From Octopus vulgaris (lineage: Eukaryota), in contig OX597827.1 of assembly GCA_951406725.2 (NCBI GenBank), forward strand, positions 66,278,001 through 66,342,000: 64,000 bases of DNA, written 5' to 3'. The position numbers and the translations under genes are program-made. This document shows positions 13,153-26,903 of the stretch, piece by piece. The stretch's first letter is position 1. Every line of letters begins with the position of its first letter. Under the pieces are notes generated by a model. That model had not been told where the DNA came from. It worked only from the letters and a program-made list of their open reading frames with translations, and ran no database searches.

Positions 13153-13363
13153 TATCTTTTAAATTCCAGATTCAATAATTACCTTCATTAAACAAAGAAT
13201 CATGAAATAATCTCAATTTACGAACGAGAATTTCACTCTTTCCTGTCTTCATAAATGTGGTGTAATATACGTCCACTACTGAATTTGGTTACCCTGTACA
13301 TCCCCTAATGCAGCTGATGCCATGCTGCAGATTTCTAAAAAGAGTGAAATAATTCTATAGTCT

Positions 13364-13711
13364 TTTAGTCTTTTACTCGTTTCAGTCGTTTGACTGCAGC
13401 CATGCTGGAGCACCGCCTTTTGATCGAGCAAATCGACACCAGGACTCATTCTTTGTAAGCCTAGTACTTATTCTATCGGTCTCTTTTGCCGAACCGCTAA
13501 GTTACGGAGACGTAAACACACCAGCATCGGTTGTCAAGCGATGTTGGGGGGGGGGCAAACACAGGCACACAAACACACACATATATACATACATATATAC
13601 GACGGGCTTCTTTCACTTTCCATCTACCAAATCCACTCACAAGGCTTTAGTCGGCCCGAGACACTTGCTCAAGGTGACATGCAGTGGGACTGAGCCCGGA
13701 ACCGTGTGGTT
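13364..13711 (-). mobile_element. SINE family C, head truncated by the family B array
   Basis: Matches the other family C copies. Confidence 0.8.
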
Positions 13712-14140
13712 TGTCTGTTCTTGTTTGTCCCCTCTGTGTTTAGCACCTTATAGGTAGTAAAGAAATAGAAATAGGTATTTCGTCTGCCCGTACGTTGTGA
13801 GTTCAAATTCCGCCGAGGTCGACATTGCTTTCTTCCTTTCGGGGTCAATAAATTAAGTACCAGTTATGCACTGGAGTCGATATAATCGACTTAATCCGTT
13901 TGTCTGTCCTTGTTCGTCCCCTCTTTGTTTATTCCCTCGTGTGTAGTAAAGAAATAGGTATTTCGTTTGCCGTTACGTTGTGAATTCAAATTCTGTCGAG
14001 GTCGACTTTGCCTTTCATCCTTTCGGGGTCGATAAATTAAGTACCAGTTACGCACTAAAGTCGATGAAATCGACTTAATCCGTTTGTTTGTCCTTGTTTG
14101 TCCACTCTATGTTTAGCCCCACGTGGGCAGTAAAGAAATA
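13711..14140 (+). repeat. SINE family B tandem array (~2.3 units)
   Basis: Unit starts at 13774 and 13957. Confidence 0.85.
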
Positions 14141-14529
14141 CAGATTCTTTTTCCTCTGACGTTGATATGCTAATAGACTGCTAACGATATTAAATTCATA
14201 ACTACCATCACAATCCGGATTAGAATCGCATTATAATTAGTTGAAACTCGCGGGATATGAACTTGTCACAATTGCTCAAGGGAAACTAAAATTGTAATGG
14301 ATTTGTAAAGAGCATCATCTCACATCAATCATTTATAAAGATAAATTTAAAACAAACACATTTTATGAAAACAGATATTCAATAAAAAATATTCGTGTAT
14401 ATGATAAGGTTTTTGAAGAGGTGAGGAATGGCAAAGGAAAACAAAAAGTAAAAAAGAAAAAAATGAGTATAATATATCTTCAGCGGAGTTGCTTGATATT
14501 GATTTACTACTGTAAGGTGTGTGTGCACA

Positions 14530-14576
<47 letters not shown>

Positions 14577-14580
<4 letters not shown>

Positions 14581-14619
14581 CTGAAACAAGTAAAGAGATA
14601 TATCAATGTATATATATCA

Positions 14620-14655
<36 letters not shown>

Positions 14656-14699
14656 TGATATATATACATTGATATATCTCTTTTACTTGTTTCAGTCAT
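14577..14699. repeat. Palindrome centred on (TA)n that duplicates a SINE 3' end
   Basis: ATGACTGAAACAAGTAAAGAGATATATCAATG...(TA)n...CATTGATATATCTCTTTTACTTGTTTCAGTCAT; one 1-nt indel. Confidence 0.85.
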
Positions 14700-14888
14700 T
14701 TGACTGCGGCCATGCTGGAGCACCGCCTTTAGTCGAGCAAATCGACCCCAGGACTCATTCTTTGTAAGCCTAGTACTTATTCTATCGATCTCTTTTGCCG
14801 AACCGCTAAATTACGGAGATGTAAACACACCAGCATCGGTTGTCAAGCGATGTTGGGAGGACAAACACAGACACACTAACATATACTC

Positions 14889-14967
<79 letters not shown>

Positions 14968-15129
14968 CATATATACGACGGGTTTCTTTCAGTTTCCGTC
15001 TACCAAATCCACTCACAAGCCTTTTGTCGGCCCGAAGCTATATTAGAAGAGACTTGCCCTAGTTGTCACGCAGTGGCAATGAACCCCGAATCATGTGGTT
15101 GTTAAGCAAGCTACTAACACACCTGCGCC

Positions 15130-15131
<2 letters not shown>
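14677..15131 (-). mobile_element. SINE family C with expanded internal (TA)n
   Basis: Full-length match. Confidence 0.82.
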
Positions 15132-15866
<735 letters not shown>

Positions 15867-16141
15867 ATAAAAATTTAGCAATTAAGGACAACTACTTAAT
15901 AAGGAAAACTTAACAAGAAATTGTCAGGTAGATAGCGTGAAAACCTCATAAGAGAAAAAATTTCGAAAATAATTATTTCTTATTGAACATATTAATTTAT
16001 ATATAGAGGGCATTATACATACATGCCAGAGGGCATTATACATACATGCCACACGCTAAGAGGGACAATTAGTCATTTCTACCAAAAATATTACTAATCC
16101 CACCGAATGCAATTTTTCAAAGTAAGACATTTAAAAAATAT

Positions 16142-16189
16142 AGACCTGTATCACAGTGATTTCATACTTACGTATTCATCAGCAGGCCT
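16142..16189 (-). ncRNA. Type I hammerhead ribozyme, inverted copy (475-bp family)
   Basis: Exact reverse complement of 16637-16684. Confidence 0.88.
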
Positions 16190-16636
16190 GGATGTATCAT
16201 ACATAAACGACCCTGCCTCGCTTAAGCCGATCAGCTAACTGATCAACATCAACGAAGTAATATTTTTGGTAGAAATGACTAATTGTCCCTCTTATCGTGT
16301 GGCATGTATGTATAATGCCCTCTGGCATGTATGTATAATGCCCTCTATATATAACTTAATATGTTCAATAAGAAATAATTATTTTCGAAATTTTTCTCTT
16401 ATGAGGTTTTCACGCTATCTACCTGACAATTTCTTGTTAAGTTTTCCTTATTAAGTAGTTGTCCTTAATTGCTAAATTTTTATTCCGAAAAAACTTCTCC
16501 TTTCCCGAAATGCAATTCGTAAAAGTCTGCCATTTACCGGATGTAATATATGTAAACTCACCCATGTGCTTCGTTGATGTTGATCAGTTAGCTGATCGGC
16601 TTAAGCGAGGCAGGGTCGTTTATGTATGATACATCC

Positions 16637-16684
16637 AGGCCTGCTGATGAATACGTAAGTATGAAATCACTGTGATACAGGTCT
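16637..16684 (+). ncRNA. Type I hammerhead ribozyme, intact core (475-bp family)
   Basis: AGGCCTG-CTGATGA-ATAC(GTAA)GTAT-GAAA-TCAC(T)GTGA-TA-CAGGTCT: 7-bp stem I, canonical CUGAUGA/GAAA core, 4-bp stem II with GNRA loop, quasi-palindromic stem III (ATCACTGTGAT), AUA cleavage triplet (cut after 16677). Confidence 0.88.
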
Positions 16685-16847
16685 ATATTTTTTAAATGTC
16701 TTACTTTGAAAAATTGCATTCGGTGGGATTAGTAATATTTTTGGTAGAAATGACTAATTGTCCCTCTTAGCGTGCGGCATGTATGTATAATGCCCTCTGG
16801 CATGTATGTATAATGCCCTCTATATATAAATTTATATATACACACAC

Positions 16848-16917
<70 letters not shown>

Positions 16918-17989
16918 ATGTATGTATGTATATGCACATGTATATACACACACAAACAGACATGTACACACACATTTTTAATTATTATCATTCACAATTA
17001 AATATATCAATACTAATCTCTGAATCAGTACTCCACGTAGATTTTAACTATACAGTCAGTCTCCAGTATTATTATTACCCAACCACTGTACTAAACAATG
17101 ATACTAGTTATGATATAAAGAGCGTACTTATGCGTATGCTTATATGCTAATATTCATATGCAAATATATGTATACACACAAATGCGTTCGAAAACATACT
17201 TGTTAGGGGGCATTATCAGAATGTAATCACATCCCTTCAAAGCTTTTCTTACGCAGAAGAAAATGCTGAACCCATTCCTTACACTGGGGTTTCGGGGTGT
17301 CTTGAACGTTCCCCAGACGAACCGTAGGCAATTTCCTCCACACTCGCTAGCATATTACATCGAACACTTTTATGTAATGTATTCACATCGTAAGATATTA
17401 TCACAGTTGGACGCCTAAGGCATCTTATATACATATACACAACCACACACGCATTGGCGCACACATATAGAGGTACAAATATATATGTATATGTGTGTAT
17501 GTAAACACAGACTCACACACAAAACGCTCACACACACATATGCATGTATATATATCCATATATTACGCAGAGGGATATATATTTGTGCATATTTATGAAC
17601 GGAGGTTAGAATATTATACGCGAATATTATTTACCACATGTACGCTTTCTCAATGAATTAATCAAACGGCCTTATATTCATTTACATGGTCATGTATAAA
17701 ATTAGAATTGATACGTGAATTAGTAACTGCAAGAGAAATAATGTAATATGAGCAATTTACAGTAAAACAGAAGATCGTTTTCTGATGGATTGAAAAGCTA
17801 TTTTGCTTTGTGGGTGCAACAATAAGGAACATGAAATACGTTACGAATATTTATCTTTTGATTAGTACACTGATGTTTAAAAATGCATATCAACTATTTT
17901 CTTTCGCAAAGGCTTTTCAAAGTTCCTTGCAAGGATTCACTAAAATTATATACACCCTGTAAATAGAACATGATTATTTCCTCATTTCA

Positions 17990-18790
17990 ACCTACTTCAT
18001 AAGTGGAGGATTCTCCCCGCACAGTTTCGATAGCCGTTACATTTTCTTCTCCATAACGAAATATGTAATGGGTCACGGCTTTATCGATGGCATCTCCACC
18101 GACGTAGAGTTCAGTCATTTTCCTACCGTAGTATTTACAAAATTTGTTATTATAGCTGGAGGTTGGTTACAATGCCTATGTACAGTCTCATAGTCAGGCT
18201 TATGATTTCTCTGATGTTGCTGCTAGCAATCCACGTATTATGCTTCTCAATTTTTTGCTCATTAATCAACATTTTGATTGCAAAGTTTGGAAGTCAAAGA
18301 TATATCTTTCTGAAAATTAGAAATATATGATCTGGAAGCGACACATTCAGACCAATAAAAGTGCCGCTGAAAGACATAAACATTTCTAACAAAAGATATA
18401 CTAGAAACACTAGCCAGTTCATGCACAATTTACAGCCCTCTGTTCGATAAAAGGAGCCTCATGTATTATTATAATTTCAACCTGTTATTTACTGGTAAAT
18501 AAAGAATCATTATAGATCGAACGTGTTAGATAATGCATATGCACAATCAATTTCATAGAGGCTAACCAACAACTACTGCGATGTAATCACCTCAAATTAT
18601 ACGTCCAAAATTAACGACAAATATCCCTTGGCGAGGATATTCCAAATAATCAGCTACTAAAACGTAGGACACATAAGTATCCGCTAGATATTTCAAAGAA
18701 TGATAAGGAGCACAGTGATATATGCAAGAATGAACGACTGAACGTAGATTATCATTATGAAGTCCCCATTCAGTATTTCGAGCAGCCAAC
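17990..18790 (-). pseudogene. Very decayed RTE-like LINE fragment
   Basis: Faint motifs LWNIL, VGLLAATSE and YVGGDAIDK in RT order; weak. Confidence 0.3.
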
Positions 18791-18939
18791 CACCATACTT
18801 AGCGGTGATTCTACTTATGATATACGGAGGATATATATGTATGCAGGCAAAAAAAAAACCTTTTGTTTTCTAATTCCAAATCAAGCTATGTCAAACTTGT
18901 TCATTCATTAAGTATCGCTAAAAACAATAAATTTTCCAC

Positions 18940-19513
18940 GGCGGTAAACTGGTCAACACGCCGGGCGAAATGCTTAGCGGTATTTCGTCTACTGCTACGT
19001 ACTGAGTTCAACTTCCGCCGAGGTCGACTTTGCCTTTCATCCTTTCGGAGTCGATAAATTAAGTATCAGTTACGCACTGGGGTCGATATAATCGACTTAA
19101 TCCGTTTGTCTGTTCTTGTTTGTCCTCTCTGTCTTTAGCCCCTTGTGGATAGTAAAGAAATAGGTATTTCTTCTGCCGCTACGTTCTGAGTTCAAATTCC
19201 GCCGAGGTCTACTTTGCCTTTCATTCTTCGGGGTCGATTAAATAACTACCAGTTACCCACTGGGGTCGATATATTCGACTGAATCCGTTTGTCTGTCCTT
19301 GTTTGTCCTCTCTGTGTTTAGCCCTTTGTGGGTAGTAAAGAAATAGGCATTTCGTTTGTCTTTACGTTCTGAGTTCAAATTCCGCAGAGGTCGACTTTGC
19401 ATTTCATCCTTTCGGCGTCGATAAATTAAGCACCAGTTGTGTGCTGGAATCGATCTATTCGACTAGCCTCCTCCCTCAAAATTTCGGGCGTTGTGCCTTA
19501 AGTTGAAAAGAAT
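18940..19513 (+). repeat. SINE family B: head, 3 units, terminal tail
   Basis: Head GGCGGTAAACTGG...; units at 18979, 19163, 19345; ends CCTCCCTCAAAATTTCGGGCGTTGTGCC. Confidence 0.85.
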
Positions 19514-20603
19514 ATTTAGATATGTGTTGCATATTTCGTCTTTTTTTTTTGTTCCTCACTTGTCGCATAATTTACGAGGAATCATGCAAATATCAATCAT
19601 TATAAGTTATAAAACTTTCATTCGAGATTTGGAACATATGCACTTATTAAAAATACATTTACTGAGGCGATATACATGTTTATTATTCATGTATGATTCA
19701 TATTTTAACATAATAAAACTAAGTCGTTCTTTAGTTGCATTAATTATTGGAAATAATCTGCTGAAAAGCAATACGACAACTGAAAAACTGCGAATGAGGA
19801 ATACAATTCTGCAGAATTTTAAGTATTAGTTACGTCTTTGATTCATAATATATTCATATATATTTCTTATATATTTCTGGTTTATATAGTTATGTTATAT
19901 AGTTACGTAAGAAAAATTACAGATTTACTAAGTCGAAACTGAATGCAAGAATGGATAATAACACAAATGTTCGTAAATATTTCTCTCATGCGCACCAGAG
20001 AAGCATTTTCGAGAGGAACATTTTTTATTCATTTAAATCTAAAACATTACCACGGTGGCACATTATTTCTTGAGTCTGTCAACAAACCATAATGGCTACC
20101 ATTAATTTAACAAACATTGGTTTTCGAATTTCGGCACAAAACCAGCAATATGGGGTGAAAGATAAATCAGCCGGTAATTATCAAGTGACAATTACCTTAT
20201 CAAACCCGGAAATTTAAATCAAGACGAAAATTGAAGTCAAGACTTAAGACGGACGTAATGCCACTAAGCATTTTTTTCCGGCGTACTGTCGTTTCTTTCA
20301 GCTGGCAGCCTTAATTATGTAACAAATATGGGACCATCTAATTGTGAAAGAAGGAAAAAGATTTCTAACATTACTTTTCGGTATCTTCATAATTGTTTCA
20401 ATTATTTGCCGCAGGGCCAGCAACTACGCGTGACGCATTAAGTCGATTACATTGACCCTAGTGCTCAACTATACTTGGTTTATACCCCACGAAAGGATGA
20501 AAGGAAAGGTTGAACGCCGTGGAGTTTGAACTCAAACCCTAAAGTCAGGTAAATCACAGCTGAGCATTCTGTACGGCATGCTAAAGATTCCACCAGCTCA
20601 CCA

Positions 20604-20836
20604 ATTTCTTTACTACCCACAAGGGGCTAAACACAGAGGGGACAAACAAGGACGGACAAACGGATTAAGTCGATTATATCGACCGCAGTGCGTAACTGGT
20701 ACTTATTTAATCGACCCCGAAAGGATGAGAGGCTAAGACGACCTCAGCGGAATTTGAGCTCAGAATGTAGTGGCAGACGAAATACTGCTAAGCATTTCAC
20801 CCGGCGTGCTAACGATTCTGCCAGCTCGCCGCCTTA
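20604..20836 (-). mobile_element. SINE family B monomer
   Basis: Reverse complement of head plus unit; older decayed copies adjacent at 20120-20600. Confidence 0.82.
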
Positions 20837-21774
20837 CGAAATTTCTAATATTTATTGCTGCTTTCGCGTTCGTTATCAAACGTGCTGGGTTCAAATCCGA
20901 TAGCTTTTAATTATCCAAGCAACAAATTCTAGGCTTTTCATTCTGGATGGTATCATGTACGATGATGCGTGTGATTATTTTAATAGCTAATATCACCTCC
21001 GTAAAGACATTTGAATCGTGTCATATCATTGAGATAGGGATAAATGCAATACAGGATATCAAACACTGACCTTCTGCTGAATCTCATTTCTTCAGTAACC
21101 AAATTTGTCATGGCTCATAATTTCCTTAAAATGCAGGGCAGTGTGTTACACATGTGGTAAGCCGTTTGTGAAATGCGCCGTATAGCAAGTACCATACTAA
21201 CGTTGTATTCATTCAGTCTGAAATAGGTGAGGAAGTCTGCAAATTAAGGAGGAAGAAAAATTTGTTTTTTTGAATTCCTCAAATTTTCCCTCTCGTTCTG
21301 CAGCAACATTTTTAAAGAATGGATATTTTGATTACAAGAATGATAAGGATTTAAATCAATGATACGTACGTTTGATATCAAAGAGTAGAAAGCCAAGTTG
21401 TTGCTGTTGGGTTAAAGTATATCTCTATATTAGCACTGTATGAGCGAACCGATAAAAGGAAAGCATATATGTAGAAGTAATTTATCCGGTCCTACGTCAA
21501 CGAATGGATTTCAAACATTTGAACATATGAAACAAGAATCGATTTACTATAACTTTTTTGCAGGTTTGAACATTTCACAGGACGATTTTAGCCTGCTGGT
21601 AGAGTACGCTGTGCATCTGATGCAAAAACAGGTAACAGTGATGTCGTTATAGAGGAAAGCATACATTTAAGGGATTGAGGTAGAAATCTTTTAAAACGGC
21701 TGCAGTTTAAGAAAAAGTTATGCAATTTTTCTTATGCATGCATGTATGCATATATCATACTATATATATATATA

Positions 21775-21991
21775 AGGCGGCGAGCTGGCAGAAACGTTAG
21801 CGCGCCGGGCGAAATGCTTAGCAGTATTTAGTCTGCTGTTACGTTCTGAGTTCAAATTCCGCCTTTCATCCTTTCGGGGTCGATAAATTAAGTACCAGTT
21901 AAGCACTGGGGTCGATATAATCGACTTACTCCGTTTGTCTGTCCTTGTTTGTCCCCTCTGTGTTTAGCCCCTTGTGGGTAGTAAAGAAATA
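21775..21991 (+). mobile_element. SINE family B monomer
   Basis: GGCGGCGAGCTGGCAGAAACGTTAGCG head; small internal deletion. Confidence 0.82.
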
Positions 21992-22053
21992 TATATATAG
22001 ACATATACATGTGCGTGTGTGTGCATGTCTATATATGTATATACATATGTATA

Positions 22054-22107
<54 letters not shown>

Positions 22108-22329
22108 CAAATATACAAAAATCCACACGCACATGCACAATCACGCACGCCTGTAAACACTCACACAGGCACATGTGTGCTTGAATGTACGCATTTATTT
22201 ATCAATGTATTTATAATATACATTTTGAATATTTTTATATTATCTTTAGATTGCAGTAAAGTAATGGGGGAAACAAGCAAAGCAGCTTCAGTAAACAAGA
22301 TATGGTGAAATTGCATATATCAAAACAGT

Positions 22330-22617
22330 CAGGAGCTGTGATATATTCCGTCATTCTTGGAGAAAAGAGACATATTTCAGAAAGCTAATGTAGGCGGAGA
22401 TAAACAAGAATTAATCCCGATAGTGCGGAATATATATGAGAATTATCAGAAGACCGTAGAAATATCATTTCAGAATTATGATGCGTTATTCACTAGTTTA
22501 TTAGAATTTTCGTACCGTGTGTTATCAAGTATAACAGAAAGCGATTCTGATATTAATGCAGAGAAACTTATTCAAGTGATATTGTTGTGCATGCGATGTA
22601 GTGTCCCAATGGTGTAA
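22330..22617 (+). pseudogene. Coding-like pseudo-exon, copy 1 (unknown protein)
   Basis: YIPSFLEKRDIFQKANVGGDKQELIPIVRNIYENYQKTVEISFQNYDAL aligns in frame with 26904-27200. Confidence 0.5.
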
Positions 22618-22927
22618 AATTAATTTGACCAAATAACAAAAGGGGATGACAAGGTTCGTTGCATCCAAAGTAAGCTACAATAGACAAATCATTGGAGTGA
22701 AAATTTAATGGTTCGTATGTGTGTATGTGCGTGTGTGCCCGCGCGATTATGCATATTGATATTTACGTGTATACGTTTAGACATTCACACAGATCAAGAC
22801 ACAAAACTTATATACATACACATATACATAGATAAATAGATAAATAGTTGGGTAGATAGACAGACAGATAGATAGATAGAAAAATGGATAGATAAATAGA
22901 TCCATAGATAGATAGATAGATAGATCC

Positions 22928-23004
<77 letters not shown>

Positions 23005-23099
23005 CAGACAGACAAATATAGAGTATATATGTGTGAGAGTGAGATAAAGAGATTGATAGTCTGATAAAGAGGTAGACAGGGAAAGGAGACGGAAGAAAT

Positions 23100-23375
23100 A
23101 GAAGAAACAACAACAGTTGTAAAAGAATCGAAATCCAATCTAAACCTGGTACATGAATGTATCATTATAAAACAGTGTCAAGAAAAGCCCTTATATGGCA
23201 AATATTGGCTGAAGCTAAATAGAAAAAAATAGACAAAGCAAAATCCTAACAATGGCTGAGAAGCTCAAGACTGAACAAGCAGAGACTGGACATTTTTTTT
23301 TTTTTTGGCAGCACAAGATGAAGGCCTTCTCAACAGAAATCACCAAAAACATGTAAATGTAAGAAATACGAGCAA
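23100..23375 (+). pseudogene. R4/Dong-clade LINE fragment
   Basis: Translates to EKPLYGKYW...QWLRSSRL...AAQDEGL.NRNHQKHV, the segment before the zinc knuckle; frameshifted. Confidence 0.65.
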
Positions 23376-23383
23376 CGAGAAAT

Positions 23384-23413
23384 ATGAGAAGAAGAAGGAG
23401 GAGGAGGAGGAGA

Positions 23414-23444
<31 letters not shown>

Positions 23445-23900
23445 TGAGGAGGAGGTGGAAAAGGAGGAAGAGGGGGAAGAGGAGGAGAAGGAGAAGAAGA
23501 ATGAGGAGGAGGAGGAGAAGAAGAAGAAGGAGGAGGAGGAGGAGGAAAAGGAGGAGGAGGAAAAGGAGGAGGAGGGGGAAGAGGAGGAGAAGGAGAAGAA
23601 GAAGGAGGAGGAGGAGGAGAAGGAGAAGAGAAGAAGGAGGAGGAGGAGGAAAAGGAGGAGGAGGGGGAAGAGGAGGAGAAGGAGAAGAAGAAGAAGGAGG
23701 AGGAGGAGGAGGAGGGAGAAGAAGAAGAAGAAGAAGAAGAAGAAGAAGGTGGAAGAGAAGGAGAAGAAGAAGAAGGGGGAGGAAGAGAAGGAGAAGAAGA
23801 AGAAGGAGGAGGAAGAGAAGGAGAAGAAGAAGAAGAAGAGGAGGAAGAGGAGAAGAAGAAGAAGAAGAAGAAGAAGAACAACAACAACAACAACAACAAG
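23384..23900. repeat. (GAG/GAA)n polypurine tract ending in (CAA)n
   Basis: Directly visible; explains the overlapping poly-E/K/R/S ORFs. Confidence 0.95.
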
Positions 23901-25225
23901 ATAAGGCATAGGATTTCCAAATGTTAATGGCAATTCAACCTGAAACCAGCAATAAATACCTGGCATTACTTGAGGCCCATGGGATTAAACATAACGACCT
24001 GAAGGGAAATCTTGAAAGAGAGTAGGTGTGGTGGTTGAGAAAAATACTGGCTTCAAAGATGAATACCAGAAACATAATTTCGGCAATAAACTCGTGCGCA
24101 GTAGCAGTGGGCTCGGTATGGCACTGGAATCCTGAAGTGAACAGAGGAGGAGATGGAGAGGAAGTCAAGAAAGCACCTAACGATGCATGGAGGCCATCAT
24201 CTACGTGCAGCAGACACTGATCGCCGATGCACGAAGAGAGGAAATGGGGAGGAGGACTGATAAGTGTGAAAGACTGCGTACGTGTCGAAGTCGAGAGCTT
24301 AATTCGATACCGAGCCCAAGGTAGAAAACCTTGCTGATGTCAGTTACGAACGAGATATACTATTGAAATAAAATGTAAAGCAAAGGAAGAAGTACAAGAA
24401 AGACATGGAGAAGAATTACGCAACAAGGTTCTACATAGTCAATTCTATGTAGCTCCAACAGAAGTTCATGGAAAAATTAGGCGGAAATGTCTGAAGAATG
24501 GAACCCTAAAACAAGTGACCGAGAGTATTATACTGGCTGCGCAAGGGTCAAGCTTTGGCCACGAATAGGAGAGTGAACCTATGGAATGAGCAAGTGTCTC
24601 TGCTGTGGCGTATCTCTAATACAGTGAATGAAACCATTTGCCATATCATGAACGAATGTACTAGACTTGCCTCAAACCACTACAAGTGGCGACGCGATCA
24701 GTTAACGAAAGTGCTAAATTGGAAGCTGCGAAAAGTGGGGACTAGAGAGATATAAGACGTGGTATAAGCAAAAACCGCAGCAAGTGGCCTTGTCTAGACT
24801 ACCAAAATCCTTTGGGATTCCCCAATCCAAACAGATCAGGGGCTAGAGCATAACAGACCGGACCTAGTGGTATGCAGAAAAATGTACTATATAGTTGACG
24901 TTGCATGTCCCTTTGACCCACGAATAATCAAGTAGGAAGGCGAAAAATAGATTAAACATAACACTCTTAAGTACGAAATAACACGGCTATGGAGAAGGTG
25001 AGGATAGTGCCAATTATTATTGGGTTCTTGGGAATAGTATCCGAAGGCAATATTAGGAATATAAAGGAAAATGTAATAGAGTGCCCAATAGAGCTGTTAC
25101 AAAAAAAGTTTTGCATCCTTGGCACGGACAGGATAATTAGATAGCTGAAAATAACCGAATAGCATGGTACCGTAGGCTGGAGGTAGCAAGCCCGCTACGC
25201 AAGCAAGACTCCAGTTTGTGATAAA
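23900..25225 (+). mobile_element. 5'-truncated decayed R4/Dong non-LTR retrotransposon (RT C-terminus, CCHC, REL endonuclease)
   Basis: KYL, LRKILASKMNTRNIISAINS, ETICHIMNEC.RLA..HYKWRRD, KILWDSPIQTD..LEHNRPDLVV, IVDVACPFD motifs; many stops and frameshifts; ends in trinucleotide repeat. Confidence 0.85.
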
Positions 25226-25231
25226 AAGAAC

Positions 25232-25263
25232 TAATAATGATACTGATGATGAAGATGATTATA

Positions 25264-25311
<48 letters not shown>

Positions 25312-25339
25312 CTGATGATAATATTGATATTATTATTAT

Positions 25340-25415
<76 letters not shown>

Positions 25416-25421
25416 ACTACG

Positions 25422-25461
<40 letters not shown>

Positions 25462-25532
25462 ATAATAATAATAATAATTATAATAATAATAATAATAATT
25501 ATGATAATAATTATAATAATAATAATAATAAT
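25232..25532. repeat. Compound trinucleotide microsatellite (GAT/ATT/ACT/GCT/AAT)
   Basis: Directly visible. Confidence 0.95.
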
Positions 25533-25800
25533 GTATCTTGAAACAGCATCCGCAATCAGATAGGGTGTTAGAATTTTAGATTCGACAAAAAGCGTCGTAC
25601 AGAAATTTATAGAAAAGCTACAAAACTGTTGACTAAGTATGGGGCCCACCATCTGAAAGCTGATGTTAAACTGTTCTACTTAAAGAGAAATAAGGATTGA
25701 AGAGACTTAATTGACCTGGGAGACTGTGTGGAAACTGGAAAATTTGCAATATATCACTGAGGAATTATTAAATGCTTACGGATACCTAAGCTTGTAGGTT
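25533..25800 (+). pseudogene. R4/Dong fragment
   Basis: HHLKADVKLFYLKR...LIDLGDCVE resembles the HPKADVDRLYL.R..GGRGL motif. Confidence 0.5.
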
Positions 25801-26036
25801 GTAAATCCATTACCTACATAAGTTCTACAACGAAAACGATAAAAAATGAGTCACTTTGCGTAATTATATATATGTGTGTATATGAGATCTTGCATGTACA
25901 TAAACAACAAAACACATACACACACGCACACACACAAGACACAAACACACACACACACATATATACATATATACATTTATGCGCACACACTCACACACAC
26001 ACACACACATATATATATATACATATATATATAAAC

Positions 26037-26113
<77 letters not shown>

Positions 26114-26117
<4 letters not shown>

Positions 26118-26535
26118 TGCAGGAGTGGAATATGTGGTAAGTGGCTTGCTTAACAACGACATGGTTTCGGGTTGAATCCCCTGCGTGGCACCTTGGGCAA
26201 GTGTCTCCTACAATTTCCTCGGGCCGACCAAAGCCTTGTGAGTGGATTTGGTATAGGGAAACTGAAAGAAGCCAGTCGTATATATGTATGTATATATATA
26301 TATTTGTGCGTGTGTATGTCTGTCTGTCTGTGTTTGTCCCCCCAACATTGCTTGACAACCGAGGCTGGTGTGTTTACGTCCCCGTAACTTACCGGTTCGG
26401 GAAAAGAGACCGATAGAATAAGTACTAGGCTTACAAAGAATAAGTCTTGGGGTCGATTTACTCGACTAAAAGCAGTGTTCCAGCATGGCCACAGTCAAAT
26501 GACTGAAACAAGTACAATATTAAAGAGTAAAGAGT
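26114..26535 (+). mobile_element. SINE family C
   Basis: tRNA-like head, CACCTTGGGCAAGTGTC CORE-like motif, tail ...GACTGAAACAAGTA. Confidence 0.82.
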
Positions 26536-26550
26536 ATACATATATACATT

Positions 26551-26599
<49 letters not shown>

Positions 26600-26903
26600 A
26601 CTCACACACAATGAGATGAATAGGTAGATACATAGATAGATGTAAATTGATATGCCTGTACATATATGTATATATATATATACTCTTTAATATATATATG
26701 CATTTACACACACATATACATATATATACTGATATATATTTATATATCTGTGTGTGTCTGTATGTAATACAGAACGTTCCATGCCTGAACAATTTTGACA
26801 ATCATACAACGTAACACACAAGTGGATATCAGGTATAATTTGAACTTATAGCGAAACTTACAGACAAAATTAGCCAACACCTCGTTGTCATATTTTTCTA
26901 CAG

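Larger units (their letters stand above)
15867..16833. mobile_element. Penelope-pLTR/retrozyme-like non-autonomous element: inverted copy plus partial tandem (period ~475 bp)
   Basis: 15867-16257 is inverted relative to 16257-16483 and 16569-16833; segment starting GTAATATTTTTGG recurs at 16257 and 16732; hammerheads on both strands; embedded in long (TA)n. Confidence 0.78.

Noticed and set aside
23305-23966. 175-208 aa poly-E/K/R/S/P ORFs in four frames
   Set aside because: (GAG/GAA)n tract; only the first ~20 aa derive from a Dong fragment.
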